Sequence record: OR498732.1
Origin: Salmonella phage STP-SP5
Length of the DNA stretch: 32,000 nucleotides
Strand: one strand, 5' to 3'
Shown here: in pieces, positions 8,727-16,735 of the stretch
How positions within the stretch are numbered: the first letter of the stretch is position 1
How the letters are laid out: each line of letters starts with the position of its first letter
Position numbers and translations under genes: made by a program
The notes under the pieces: model-generated
The model's input: the letters and a program-made list of their open reading frames with translations, nothing else
Database searches by the model: none
What the model was told of the DNA's origin: nothing

Positions 8727-9679
8727 TAGACACGTTCTCCAATTAATACACCGCGTAAATTATCGCCAAAGAATGCACAGGGCTTTGGATAGGTACTGAA
8801 GTCAGCAGTCTTAGCTACATTCTCAAGCAACAGTAAAACGTCAATATTGTATACGCCCGTTATCGTCCTGTCATTTAGAACGAAGCTTGCACCTTCTGCA
8901 TCATCAAAGTGCGTCCGGGCTAAACCGTCTTCAACGTATACGCGGGGACGGTCTTCCGCAAAAGGTTTAATCTTATGCAACCCTTCAAACAATGCTGGGT
9001 CAATCGGATGTGCATTGCATTCAACGTTTAGGATGTTGCGAATGTTGGGCCACTCTGAGTCAATAAGCTGGGTACGCAACCAACGCCCTTCCTGGTAATG
9101 GAATGTGACGTTATTTTTGCTTACCTGAATATGCGTCGGGTTAGTTTTAATGCGCAGCAGCTCTTTAACAGCAACCGCAGGAATAGCACAGTCCAAAGGA
9201 AACTGTGATCCAAACCAGTATTCAGCGATGGTGACATTATTGGTAGCGAACAGGCTACCGTTACTGATCAATATACCGCACGCCCATGGACGCGAAGCAT
9301 CTGACCCAATAAAAGGCGCTACAGACTTCACACCCTGAATAAACTTATCCCCGTCAATATCATAAATATCCCCTTCAGGGAATACATGAGGAGTTTCTTT
9401 ATCAATGCAGCGTATAGCGACACGAAATCCACCGGACTTAATACTCAATTTACCGTTTGCCATCATTGTAAGTTGAACTGTATCGTCGCAGTTTGAAATA
9501 GCCTTGATCATTGGACCAGCTTCGGGTTTACAATCAATATCCAGTTCAATTGGAGATCCCAGAGCAATAACCCCGTTAAATCCCTGCACTTGTCCGTCAC
9601 GAATTAAAAAGCTGGTAAGACCTTCTACCAGTTCTTTTTTCGCTACAGACCCTTGAACAAACTTAAGAGCGTCCAGCAT
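8726..9679 (-). CDS. probable sliding clamp-like (DnaN-fold) processivity protein
   Basis: 317 aa immediately upstream of and overlapping the polymerase start; pattern of short beta/helix units and C-terminal GVYNIDVLLLLENVAKTADFSTYPKPCAFFGDNLRGVLIGERV resembles the last DnaN domain (YNxxYLxxxL...xPxxxxxxxxxxLIMPxR). Confidence 0.55.
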   Translation of the reverse strand: MLDALKFVQGSVAKKELVEGLTSFLIRDGQVQGFNGVIALGSPIELDIDCKPEAGPMIKAISNCDDTVQLTMMANGKLSIKSGGFRVAIRCIDKETPHVFPEGDIYDIDGDKFIQGVKSVAPFIGSDASRPWACGILISNGSLFATNNVTIAEYWFGSQFPLDCAIPAVAVKELLRIKTNPTHIQVSKNNVTFHYQEGRWLRTQLIDSEWPNIRNILNVECNAHPIDPALFEGLHKIKPFAEDRPRVYVEDGLARTHFDDAEGASFVLNDRTITGVYNIDVLLLLENVAKTADFSTYPKPCAFFGDNLRGVLIGERV

Positions 9680-9909
9680 TAGCGATCCTCAATAGGTCTA
9701 ATTGTGGTTAAATCTAATTCACAGGTTGGTGGATAATATGAGTTAAGCCCCATTTGTTGACCTTGTGCATTAAACCATGTGCCGGACTGATCTTTCCATC
9801 TTTTACTGGTTTTACGAAGAAACACTACCCTGTTATTTCCATTGTAATTAATCCTCACCCCCGTGTGAGTGTATTTCGGTTTACTTTTTGGTCTTCTTAC
9901 ATTAGCCAT
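9679..9909 (-). CDS. hypothetical basic protein
   Basis: 76 aa, 1-nt overlaps with both neighbours. Confidence 0.7.
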   Translation of the reverse strand: MANVRRPKSKPKYTHTGVRINYNGNNRVVFLRKTSKRWKDQSGTWFNAQGQQMGLNSYYPPTCELDLTTIRPIEDR

Positions 9910-10829
9910 TAGAATAACTCCATTACACGATCACGAAATGTTCCGTCATGTGTTGCGTTAATGTTTGCAGCAATAACACCATAAGCCCACAAATTAAACG
10001 CGGCACGGGATTCGTAAATTGTTGATAAACGTTCATAAGTAAAACCATTTGTTTCAAGGTATTTAAGAATGGCATCCTGCTCAATTTCAGTGAGAGTTGA
10101 CACATGCTTACCAAAGGTATGTCGGTCCGGAGACTTATCGGATACTCGCATTGGGCCCCATTCAGGAGTAACCACACTTCCAAACGCTGCCGCTTGTATC
10201 CATGAGGATGAGTCACAGCTATACCACGGATAACGCTCCATAATGGTTGTAGACGTAATACCAAATGCATGAAGTTTAATCTTAGCACGCCCGCTACCGT
10301 CGCAAATATACTTATCCCACATTCGGTCCAGCCAAATCTTAAGAGCATCTGTAGAGCGTCCTACCATGCCTCCAATTGTAATGTATTCGTAGTTCTTCAT
10401 GTAATATTCAAGGTAACGAAAGTCCTCACCAAAGTGAAAACATGGTAAAGGTTTAGCGCCGCGTGCTTCCATTTCAAGCTGATTACGGTATGTTTGCAGC
10501 GGATCACCGATACCATCGAGCACCGACGCCATTACCGCACCATCTTCTACGCGCAGGATGTCTTTGTTACGCTTGATGTATTCGCAGTATTCAACAATAT
10601 CAATGTGCGCACCCAAAGAGTGCGCAGAGAATGCACCGGAGTCGAGAAACACTTTAGCCCCATCCGCACGCATTTGATCAACATACTTCTGACGCCCAAC
10701 GTAGTGGTATGATTCCAAAATATTTGGAAGGCTATTAACAATGTCTTTTTCCCGATCGTTTAACTTTTCATATCGTTGTTGACCAGCTTTATAGCCGTTG
10801 GTATATACCGCAGCAACAAACAGATGCAT
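9909..10829 (-). CDS. dpdA: DpdA-like DNA guanine transglycosylase (TGT family)
   Basis: 306 aa with VFLDSGAFSAHSLG, YITIGGMVGRS and KIKLHAFGITS, the DSGAF...GG...HxFG layout of phage DpdA/TGT-like proteins; adjacent to preQ0 biosynthesis genes. Confidence 0.8.
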   Translation of the reverse strand: MHLFVAAVYTNGYKAGQQRYEKLNDREKDIVNSLPNILESYHYVGRQKYVDQMRADGAKVFLDSGAFSAHSLGAHIDIVEYCEYIKRNKDILRVEDGAVMASVLDGIGDPLQTYRNQLEMEARGAKPLPCFHFGEDFRYLEYYMKNYEYITIGGMVGRSTDALKIWLDRMWDKYICDGSGRAKIKLHAFGITSTTIMERYPWYSCDSSSWIQAAAFGSVVTPEWGPMRVSDKSPDRHTFGKHVSTLTEIEQDAILKYLETNGFTYERLSTIYESRAAFNLWAYGVIAANINATHDGTFRDRVMELF

Positions 10830-11386
10830 TATTCCACCTCAAATTTATTACGCTTAGATCTGTTTTCTTCAATAGATAAGTATTGTAGTTTACTAAGGAC
10901 GTGAAGTCCACTGACTCTTTTACCGCAAAGAGGTATAATATGATCAACCTCCATCCCATCCGGGCAGTTAGCGTAGAACAATTCAATTTGTTCTTTTTCA
11001 GACCACGCAGGGATTCTTAAAGACCTTTTCTTATGCACTTCAAGGGAATGTAACCTTGATCTAGCTTTACCGTAATCTGTCTTAGCCCAGCGTTTCAGCC
11101 TTTCTTTATTTTGTTCTTTACCTTTCTCAGTAGAATTATAAGCAGCTTTTGAACGTTGGAGGGCTTCTTTTCCTTTCTGTGACTTAAGGTATCTCTTAAC
11201 AGCATTCCTTGCAGCTTCTGTTTTATTGTAAATACGCATTCTTTTCTTTCGTGCTTCTCTGTCACAAGTAATACAATAGCCATCTACAGTCTTTCTTTCA
11301 GAAACATGACCTTTCGCACAAGGCTTACCAGTAAAATAATATTTCAAACCTCTTTCTTTTGCTTCATCTCTTGTGATAATTTCCAT
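10829..11386 (-). CDS. HNH endonuclease (free-standing homing-type)
   Basis: Zn-ribbon-like PCAKGHVSERKTVDGYCITC N-terminus and MEVDHIIPLCGKRVSGLHVLSKLQYLSIEENRSKRNKF HNH core. Confidence 0.85.
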   Translation of the reverse strand: MEIITRDEAKERGLKYYFTGKPCAKGHVSERKTVDGYCITCDREARKKRMRIYNKTEAARNAVKRYLKSQKGKEALQRSKAAYNSTEKGKEQNKERLKRWAKTDYGKARSRLHSLEVHKKRSLRIPAWSEKEQIELFYANCPDGMEVDHIIPLCGKRVSGLHVLSKLQYLSIEENRSKRNKFEVE

Positions 11387-11401
11387 TGTCTTATACCAAC
11401 T

Positions 11402-11438
11402 AAAAAGCCCATACCAGTATTATGACCGATATGGGCTT
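11402..11438 (-). terminator. intrinsic terminator after folE
   Basis: Minus strand AAGCCCATA ... TATGGGCTT followed by TTTAG. Confidence 0.75.
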
Positions 11439-11457
11439 GATCTGTAAAGCTATCTAA

Positions 11458-12108
11458 TTAACGACAAGCTTCAAGGAATTCCCGGCGCCATGTGTCACCT
11501 GCTACATGCGCGTTATTACCTACCCCCAGATCACAGCTACCACGGAAAGCTTTTGTCACGGTAGAGCTGCCGCATACCTGCTTAACACCGCGTGATTCCA
11601 TACACATATGCTTAGCATCGATGTAAACACAGACAGCTTTCGGTTTCAGGTGCTCTTGAATAGCGTCCGCAATCTGGTTAGTAAGACGCTCCTGAACCTG
11701 TAGCCTACGTGCAAATGCGTCAACCAGACGAGAAAGCTTACTGAGACCGACAATTTTACCATCAGGGACGTATCCGACAACGGCATGTCCAATGATAGGA
11801 GCCATGTGATGTTCGCAATGGCTATAAACTGGAATATCCCTAACGATAACCATTTCATTTGTATTCTCCGCACCATCTTCAAAGGTTTTAAACAACCCAG
11901 CAATATCAATATCGTAACCTCCGAACCAGGTTGCATAAGCTTTCGCTACGCGCTCCGGAGTTTCAACAATACCGTCGCGCAGCTCGTGATTATCTTCAAT
12001 CTGGGATAGCAGAGAATGAACCGCGCGGGCAATACGGAATTGAACACCTTCGTTATTAATAGCAACTTTAGACATGGTTTGCAGTTTCCTTGTTTCCAAT
12101 GTGGTCAT
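11458..12108 (-). CDS. folE: GTP cyclohydrolase I
   Basis: IPVYSHCEHHMAPIIGHAVVGYVPDGKIVGLSKLSRLVDAFARRLQVQERLTNQIA...CMESRGVKQ. Confidence 0.97.
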   Translation of the reverse strand: MTTLETRKLQTMSKVAINNEGVQFRIARAVHSLLSQIEDNHELRDGIVETPERVAKAYATWFGGYDIDIAGLFKTFEDGAENTNEMVIVRDIPVYSHCEHHMAPIIGHAVVGYVPDGKIVGLSKLSRLVDAFARRLQVQERLTNQIADAIQEHLKPKAVCVYIDAKHMCMESRGVKQVCGSSTVTKAFRGSCDLGVGNNAHVAGDTWRREFLEACR

Positions 12109-12109
12109 A

Positions 12110-12652
12110 TTACAGGCTGTAGTTAACGTGACATTTCGAAGTTTCTTCGATGGTGCATTCTACAAGTTGAACACCATGTTCGTCAAGCAATTGCGGCCCG
12201 ATCACGTTTACCATGTGCGCCGCTAAGTTTTCAGCAGTTGGGTTGAACGGCAATTCAACGAAAGAGTCAAAGAAATCGTTCTGATTATCAGCATCGACAT
12301 AAGTCTCTTGCTCGTCTAAACCAGTAATATCCTTTACACCTTGAATAAGAGCATCCTTTTCCCAATGCAGGAATTTATGATCCCAGTTATCTTCCAACCA
12401 CTGGCATAGTGTTGACTTAACCACACTGAAGTCTATAACTCGACCTACTTTGTCCAATTTGCCATGTTCCGTCATCGTGGCATTAATGGTCCCTCCATTC
12501 ATTTCAACTGGTAAGGTTTTTACAATGATCTTCGGTGAAACCTTAAAGTGAAACTTATAATTATGACCGTGAAGGTGTCGGCATTTACTCTCGTGCCCTA
12601 CGACACGATGCCCAGCACAAATTTCATGTGAACGAATTACTGTATAGCTCAT
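12110..12652 (-). CDS. queD: 6-carboxytetrahydropterin synthase
   Basis: HEICAGHRVVGHESKCRHLHGHNYKFHF...GRVIDFSVVK...DHKFLH; PTAENLAAHM. Confidence 0.93.
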   Translation of the reverse strand: MSYTVIRSHEICAGHRVVGHESKCRHLHGHNYKFHFKVSPKIIVKTLPVEMNGGTINATMTEHGKLDKVGRVIDFSVVKSTLCQWLEDNWDHKFLHWEKDALIQGVKDITGLDEQETYVDADNQNDFFDSFVELPFNPTAENLAAHMVNVIGPQLLDEHGVQLVECTIEETSKCHVNYSL

Positions 12653-13227
12653 TTTAACACCTCTTTAGACTGTTCAATTTCTAACGCACGTTGTGCGGAT
12701 GCGATAATATCTTTTAGGTCGTCTACTAAAGACTTATGACCGCGTTCGCCAGGCTGCAACGCCTTTTTAGTCAAATGTTGTAAAGCTGGGTTAGTTGTCT
12801 TCCAAGCTTCCAAGACATCATACACGTCTACGATACATTTTACAACATTCCCGTTTTGATCTTTACCATAAATAATTTTCTGATATTTATTCATGGGAAT
12901 TTTAGACGGTTCGTATTTCGTAAAAATTGTATCATTAAATGTATTACTTATGCTTATTCCAGAAGAAGGTTGATAGTACAATCCGGAGCGAGTGTTTTCG
13001 CTGGCTTGTTTGACGTAATCTTCCGCAACGATATATCGCCAAAACATAACATCCCGCGAATGCACTTCTTCAGGGTGTCCTGGGTTTATATCCCAATCCC
13101 ATCCGTTAAGTTGATTCTTAACGTGTGTGCCGTCGCGCAAACGAACTTCAAACTTTTCATTGCGAAGAAAGATAGGCATTCCTTTCCCATCGTGCTGGTT
13201 CCAAATTTTATTAAGATTGTCTTTCAT
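12649..13227 (-). CDS. hypothetical protein in the 7-deazaguanine cluster
   Basis: 192 aa; C-terminal VYDVLEAWKTTNPALQHLTKKALQPGERGHKSLVDDLKDIIASAQRALEIE helical module. Start overlaps the preceding operon gene region. Confidence 0.85.
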   Translation of the reverse strand: MKDNLNKIWNQHDGKGMPIFLRNEKFEVRLRDGTHVKNQLNGWDWDINPGHPEEVHSRDVMFWRYIVAEDYVKQASENTRSGLYYQPSSGISISNTFNDTIFTKYEPSKIPMNKYQKIIYGKDQNGNVVKCIVDVYDVLEAWKTTNPALQHLTKKALQPGERGHKSLVDDLKDIIASAQRALEIEQSKEVLK

Positions 13228-13228
13228 T

Positions 13229-13708
13229 CTATATCCTCACTGTACGTGACTGTACTTCATAAATAAGCCAGAGAATAGCTGATGCTGTAAACTTACTTAG
13301 ACTCATTGCCACCATCGACCCAGGATTAACAATACCTATGATACTTAAGAATACAATAGAGTCAATTGGTACAGCTACCAAAGAGCTGATAAATACTCGC
13401 TGATGAAAAGGCTTCTTAGTTATCGTATATACTGCATAATCTGCAAACTCACTGAGTGCAAAAGATGCAACGGATGCAACTACAACCGCAGGATCACCAA
13501 ATAACCAGCTAAGGAAGCAACCGATGATCATTGCAGGGATAACACCTTTACCTGCATTACGTTGCGCATAATCCCTCAGCACAAAGATAATACCTACAAA
13601 GAAAGCCATCATGGGCACTACACCAAGTGGTGTATCAAGCATCGGAAGGTAGGAAAAGCCCAGGTTTACAAATGTGATTGCAGCCAAATAAGCAACAATA
13701 AATTTCAT
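13229..13708 (-). CDS. yhhQ: queuosine-precursor transporter, YhhQ/VUT family
   Basis: Multi-TM MKFIVAYLAAITFVNLGFSY...VLRDYAQRNAG...LSEFADYAVYT...VAVPIDSIVF; start taken at MKFIVAY. Confidence 0.85.
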   Translation of the reverse strand: MKFIVAYLAAITFVNLGFSYLPMLDTPLGVVPMMAFFVGIIFVLRDYAQRNAGKGVIPAMIIGCFLSWLFGDPAVVVASVASFALSEFADYAVYTITKKPFHQRVFISSLVAVPIDSIVFLSIIGIVNPGSMVAMSLSKFTASAILWLIYEVQSRTVRI

Positions 13709-13783
13709 ACTTTTGTTCTCCAGTTTTAACAGCATTGTATGCGCTGGTTTTGGGTTTAAAAGTTTAGCTGTGTAATTGTGTTA

Positions 13784-13814
13784 ACGCACCGCTAAAAACG
13801 CGGCTGCGGTGCGT
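13784..13814 (-). promoter_or_regulatory. strong hairpin in the queC-yhhQ intergenic region
   Basis: ACGCACCGC ... GCGGTGCGT perfect 9-bp stem; U-tract weak on either strand. Confidence 0.6.
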
Positions 13815-13827
13815 AGGGGCAGTAAGA

Positions 13828-14547
13828 TCAAAGGTTATAACCGTATCCGTTCAGAAACTCCTTGTAACCTTTTTCACGAAGCTTGCAAGCCGGACATTCG
13901 CCGCAACCATATCCCCAGTCATGAAGATGTCGACGCACACCATTATAACAAGTATGGGACTGCTCAATTACTGTGGCTAAGAAGCCCACTTTATCCGCCA
14001 GTTCGAACGTTTCAGCCTTATTTAACTGCATAAGCGGTGTGACGAATTGAATGTCTGTCTCATAACCTACATTTAAAGCAGTTTGCAGCGTATCGATAAA
14101 CACACGACGACAATCTGGATATCCGCTGTAATCTGTTTCACACACGCCTGTAACCACATATTGGGCTCCAACTTTCTGGGCGTATGCGTGCGCGGTAGTC
14201 AGGAACATCGCATTACGGTTTGGCACAAAGCTAGCTGGAAGATTATCATGCTGCGAGTGTCGCGCGTTCACGTCACCTTCGTCACCAATTAAAGCGCTAT
14301 TACCGATAGTTCTCAGGGCGGGGATTTCAAAGATTACAAACTGTACATTATTTTCTTTACATATTTGTTCCGCACACGCCAGTTCAACATTGTGACGCTG
14401 ACCATATGCAAAACCAACCGCGTAGACCTTTTCATAGTTGTTGAGCGCAAGTCCCAGACAAGTCACGCTGTCCTGGCCGCCAGACAGGACTACAACGGCG
14501 GAGTTATGGTTTTTTACCGGGAATACCAGTTGGTCTAATTTAGACAT
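13828..14547 (-). CDS. queC: 7-cyano-7-deazaguanine synthase
   Basis: VVVLSGGQDSVTCLGLAL ... SYPDCR ... CYNG...CGECPACKLREKG. Confidence 0.97.
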   Translation of the reverse strand: MSKLDQLVFPVKNHNSAVVVLSGGQDSVTCLGLALNNYEKVYAVGFAYGQRHNVELACAEQICKENNVQFVIFEIPALRTIGNSALIGDEGDVNARHSQHDNLPASFVPNRNAMFLTTAHAYAQKVGAQYVVTGVCETDYSGYPDCRRVFIDTLQTALNVGYETDIQFVTPLMQLNKAETFELADKVGFLATVIEQSHTCYNGVRRHLHDWGYGCGECPACKLREKGYKEFLNGYGYNL

Positions 14548-14759
14548 TAGTTCACCTCAGATGTGTCAATATCACATGGTTTTACTTTTACATTAGGAAG
14601 CACAATTGGATGGTTTCTTGCCCCAATTGTGCTTACTTCATTTACTTCAACTTCAATATGAAGTCCTTCCATCGTAGCGTGTGCTACAGCAGCATTCAAT
14701 TTATCACACAACTCACAAATCATTTCTTGATGCTGTTTTGCAATTTCAAGCTTGATCAT
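14547..14759 (-). CDS. hypothetical protein
   Basis: 70 aa, overlaps queC start and the next ORF. Confidence 0.65.
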   Translation of the reverse strand: MIKLEIAKQHQEMICELCDKLNAAVAHATMEGLHIEVEVNEVSTIGARNHPIVLPNVKVKPCDIDTSEVN

Positions 14760-15012
14760 TTATCTTTACCTCTACTAATGATTTACGCCAGTTAATACCT
14801 TCAAGATCAACTTGCGCCATTTCACAATATTCTTCATCTTCAAAGTTAGGCGTCCATTTTATGTTTCCATCTTTTAATGAAGGTTTGTACGCATAACCGT
14901 ATGTTGTACCATCAAAATCGGTACTCAGCCAACGAACCCATTCCGGAACGTTGAAGGTACACCCGAAATATTCAACTTCTTTAGTATGCACAACTTCACT
15001 CAATATCCGCAT
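14746..15012 (-). CDS. hypothetical protein
   Basis: 88 aa, 1-nt overlap with the queE stop. Confidence 0.75.
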   Translation of the reverse strand: MRILSEVVHTKEVEYFGCTFNVPEWVRWLSTDFDGTTYGYAYKPSLKDGNIKWTPNFEDEEYCEMAQVDLEGINWRKSLVEVKINDQA

Positions 15013-15722
15013 TACTCCACCCCGAGATATTTATGAACCTGGAGCTGCACCGTGTAACCATGTTTCATGCAGCTATCTACAACCTGACGGATATTTTCAT
15101 AGTTATTGAATTTATCCTGTTCGTCCATTGGCTGTAGATATATCTTACTCTTGAAGTTGCGGGTCGGTCTAGCGATAAATGGTGTCGCGCGATGATCTAA
15201 AGCTTGAAGTGGTAAACCGTCATCCTGGTTTACGTTACCCGCTTTTATCACGTATTTAAACGCGTTAGCGCGGTGCAGGATAGAGGGATGTATCTTAGCG
15301 GTTTTTGGACTGCATACAATTGTCGGCAATTGGGAGAACCCATGTGGTAAGGGCATGGAACCGTTCGTTTCAATTTGTACTTCGTAACCGCGCAAAAGAA
15401 GCATTTCAACAAACGGGTTAATTGCTTGACGGAAGGGCTCTCCACCAGTAATAACCACAAGTGAGGTCTTGCTCCCTGTTTCAATCTTCCGACTTTCAAT
15501 AAGCTTGATAATGTCTACAAGATCATAGCGAGTTCGTCCCGTGGTGTAATCTGTATCACATCCAGGACATTGCAGATTACACCCAGCAAGGCGCACAAAC
15601 ACAGCAGGTTCACCGCAAAACGGGCCTTCACCCTGAATGGTAGAAAATACTGAATGCACGTCTAAGTACATACCGTCGTTCTTAGTGTCACGCGCTTCAG
15701 GAGCTTGCTTATTAATGTTCAT
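15012..15722 (-). CDS. queE: 7-carboxy-7-deazaguanine synthase, radical SAM
   Basis: STIQGEGPFCGEPAVFVRLAGCNLQCPGCDTDY (CX3CX2C) and TGGEPFRQ. Confidence 0.95.
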   Translation of the reverse strand: MNINKQAPEARDTKNDGMYLDVHSVFSTIQGEGPFCGEPAVFVRLAGCNLQCPGCDTDYTTGRTRYDLVDIIKLIESRKIETGSKTSLVVITGGEPFRQAINPFVEMLLLRGYEVQIETNGSMPLPHGFSQLPTIVCSPKTAKIHPSILHRANAFKYVIKAGNVNQDDGLPLQALDHRATPFIARPTRNFKSKIYLQPMDEQDKFNNYENIRQVVDSCMKHGYTVQLQVHKYLGVE

Positions 15723-15737
15723 CTTAAATCCTCTAGT

Positions 15738-15768
15738 GAAAAATAAAGCGCCTCATTGGGCGCTTTCA
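15738..15768 (-). terminator. intrinsic terminator upstream of queE
   Basis: Minus strand AAAGCGCC-CAATGA-GGCGCTTTATTTTTC. Confidence 0.8.
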
Positions 15769-15797
15769 TTATAACGTGATCTACATTAAGATTACAA
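15768..15797 (-). promoter_or_regulatory. candidate promoter
   Basis: Minus strand TTGTAA - 18 - TATAAT; -10 is consensus at 15768-15773 by inspection; shares motif GTAKATCACGTTAYAATGA with the site near 21920. Confidence 0.4.
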
Positions 15798-16616
15798 GTT
15801 GTTCAGAGCTTCAGGAACCGGAAGAGCTACACGACCAGTCACACCATTGAACTTCTTCCAACGAGCGTACTGAGTTTTAACAGTATCCACGTTCAGACCG
15901 TGTCGACCTGCGATTGCTAATACATGACTAATCGGAGCAGGCTGACCAATGGTTGCACTAATCTGATCCATCAAAGCCCATGCTTTACCGCATGAAGTAT
16001 CAGGCTGTGGACGGCGAACCCCATTTTGTTCCGGCATACGGTTCGCTTCTTTAGCCGCTTCACGCTCAGCTTTTTCTTTGGCTTTTTCCGCTTCTTTAGC
16101 GGCCAGCTTAGCAGCGCGAACTTTTTCTTTGAAGCCCTTAATGGTAGCTTCAATACCGTCAACCAGAGCTTGGGCAGCAGTAACTGCACCGGACAGATCT
16201 TCACCTTTGGATTTTTTAACAATCGCTTTGAGCTCTTTCAGACCTTCTTTTAAGAGCTTCAGATTGTCTGAACCAGCGGATTCAGCGGCAGTAATTTGAT
16301 CAACGGTGCTCTCACTGGTGATCGTTGCCAGAGAATTTTTCAGTGTTTCAGCAGAGCTGGAAATTGCAGTAAATTTATCTTCAGCTGCTTTGCGGACTTC
16401 AGCTTGCTTTTTATCAGCAGCAGCTTTCTTTTCCTGCTCTTTCTTTTCAGCTGCTTTTTTAGCAGCTTCAGCAGCCGCAGCTTTCTTTTTAGCTGCATCG
16501 TCTTGAGTAGATTTAGTTTCTTTTTTAACAGCGGTGGCTTTAGCAGCAGCGGCTGCGGCAGCAGCGGCTGCGGCAGCAATTGCTTTTTTATCTTCAACAG
16601 TAGACATCTTCATCAC
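15792..16616 (-). CDS. Ala/Lys-rich coiled-coil protein with small C-terminal helical domain
   Basis: 274 aa, N-terminal poly-Ala (IAAAAAAAAAAAAKATAV), K/A-rich segments, C-terminal CGKAWALMDQISATIGQPAPISHVLAIAGRHGLNVDTVKTQYARWKKFNG resembling a DNA-binding helical domain. Confidence 0.85.
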   Translation of the reverse strand: MMKMSTVEDKKAIAAAAAAAAAAAAKATAVKKETKSTQDDAAKKKAAAAEAAKKAAEKKEQEKKAAADKKQAEVRKAAEDKFTAISSSAETLKNSLATITSESTVDQITAAESAGSDNLKLLKEGLKELKAIVKKSKGEDLSGAVTAAQALVDGIEATIKGFKEKVRAAKLAAKEAEKAKEKAEREAAKEANRMPEQNGVRRPQPDTSCGKAWALMDQISATIGQPAPISHVLAIAGRHGLNVDTVKTQYARWKKFNGVTGRVALPVPEALNNL

Positions 16617-16694
16617 TCCGAATGTTTATGGGTTATGTTTGTTACCAACGGGGTTAAATGTACCAAACGCTTTTGTGACACGCAACCCCTTACA

Positions 16695-16730
16695 ACGATA
16701 TTTTTCAAATTATTTTTGATCAATGATCAA
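16695..16730 (-). promoter_or_regulatory. candidate promoter with overlapping palindrome
   Basis: Minus strand TTGATC-17-TATCGT; perfect palindrome TTGATCA-A-TGATCAA at 16716..16730 covers the -35. Confidence 0.45.
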
Positions 16731-16735
16731 CTATG

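Noticed and set aside
13229-13260. Third copy of the ATCACGTTA-type promoter motif (minus strand GTACAGTCACGTACAGTGAGG)
   Set aside because: Similarity is weaker with a 1-nt gap and it lies inside the yhhQ coding end, so it was not counted as a motif member.
13784-13814. preQ1 riboswitch upstream of yhhQ
   Set aside because: By eye there is a simple perfect hairpin but no recognisable preQ1-I loop/A-rich tail pattern; kept only as an uncharacterised structured leader pending cmscan.
16535-16585. GCN trinucleotide microsatellite (poly-Ala) as a phase-variable repeat
   Set aside because: Codons are mixed (GCA, GCC, GCT) and the repeat is a multiple of three inside the ORF, so slippage would not switch frame; likely just low-complexity protein.
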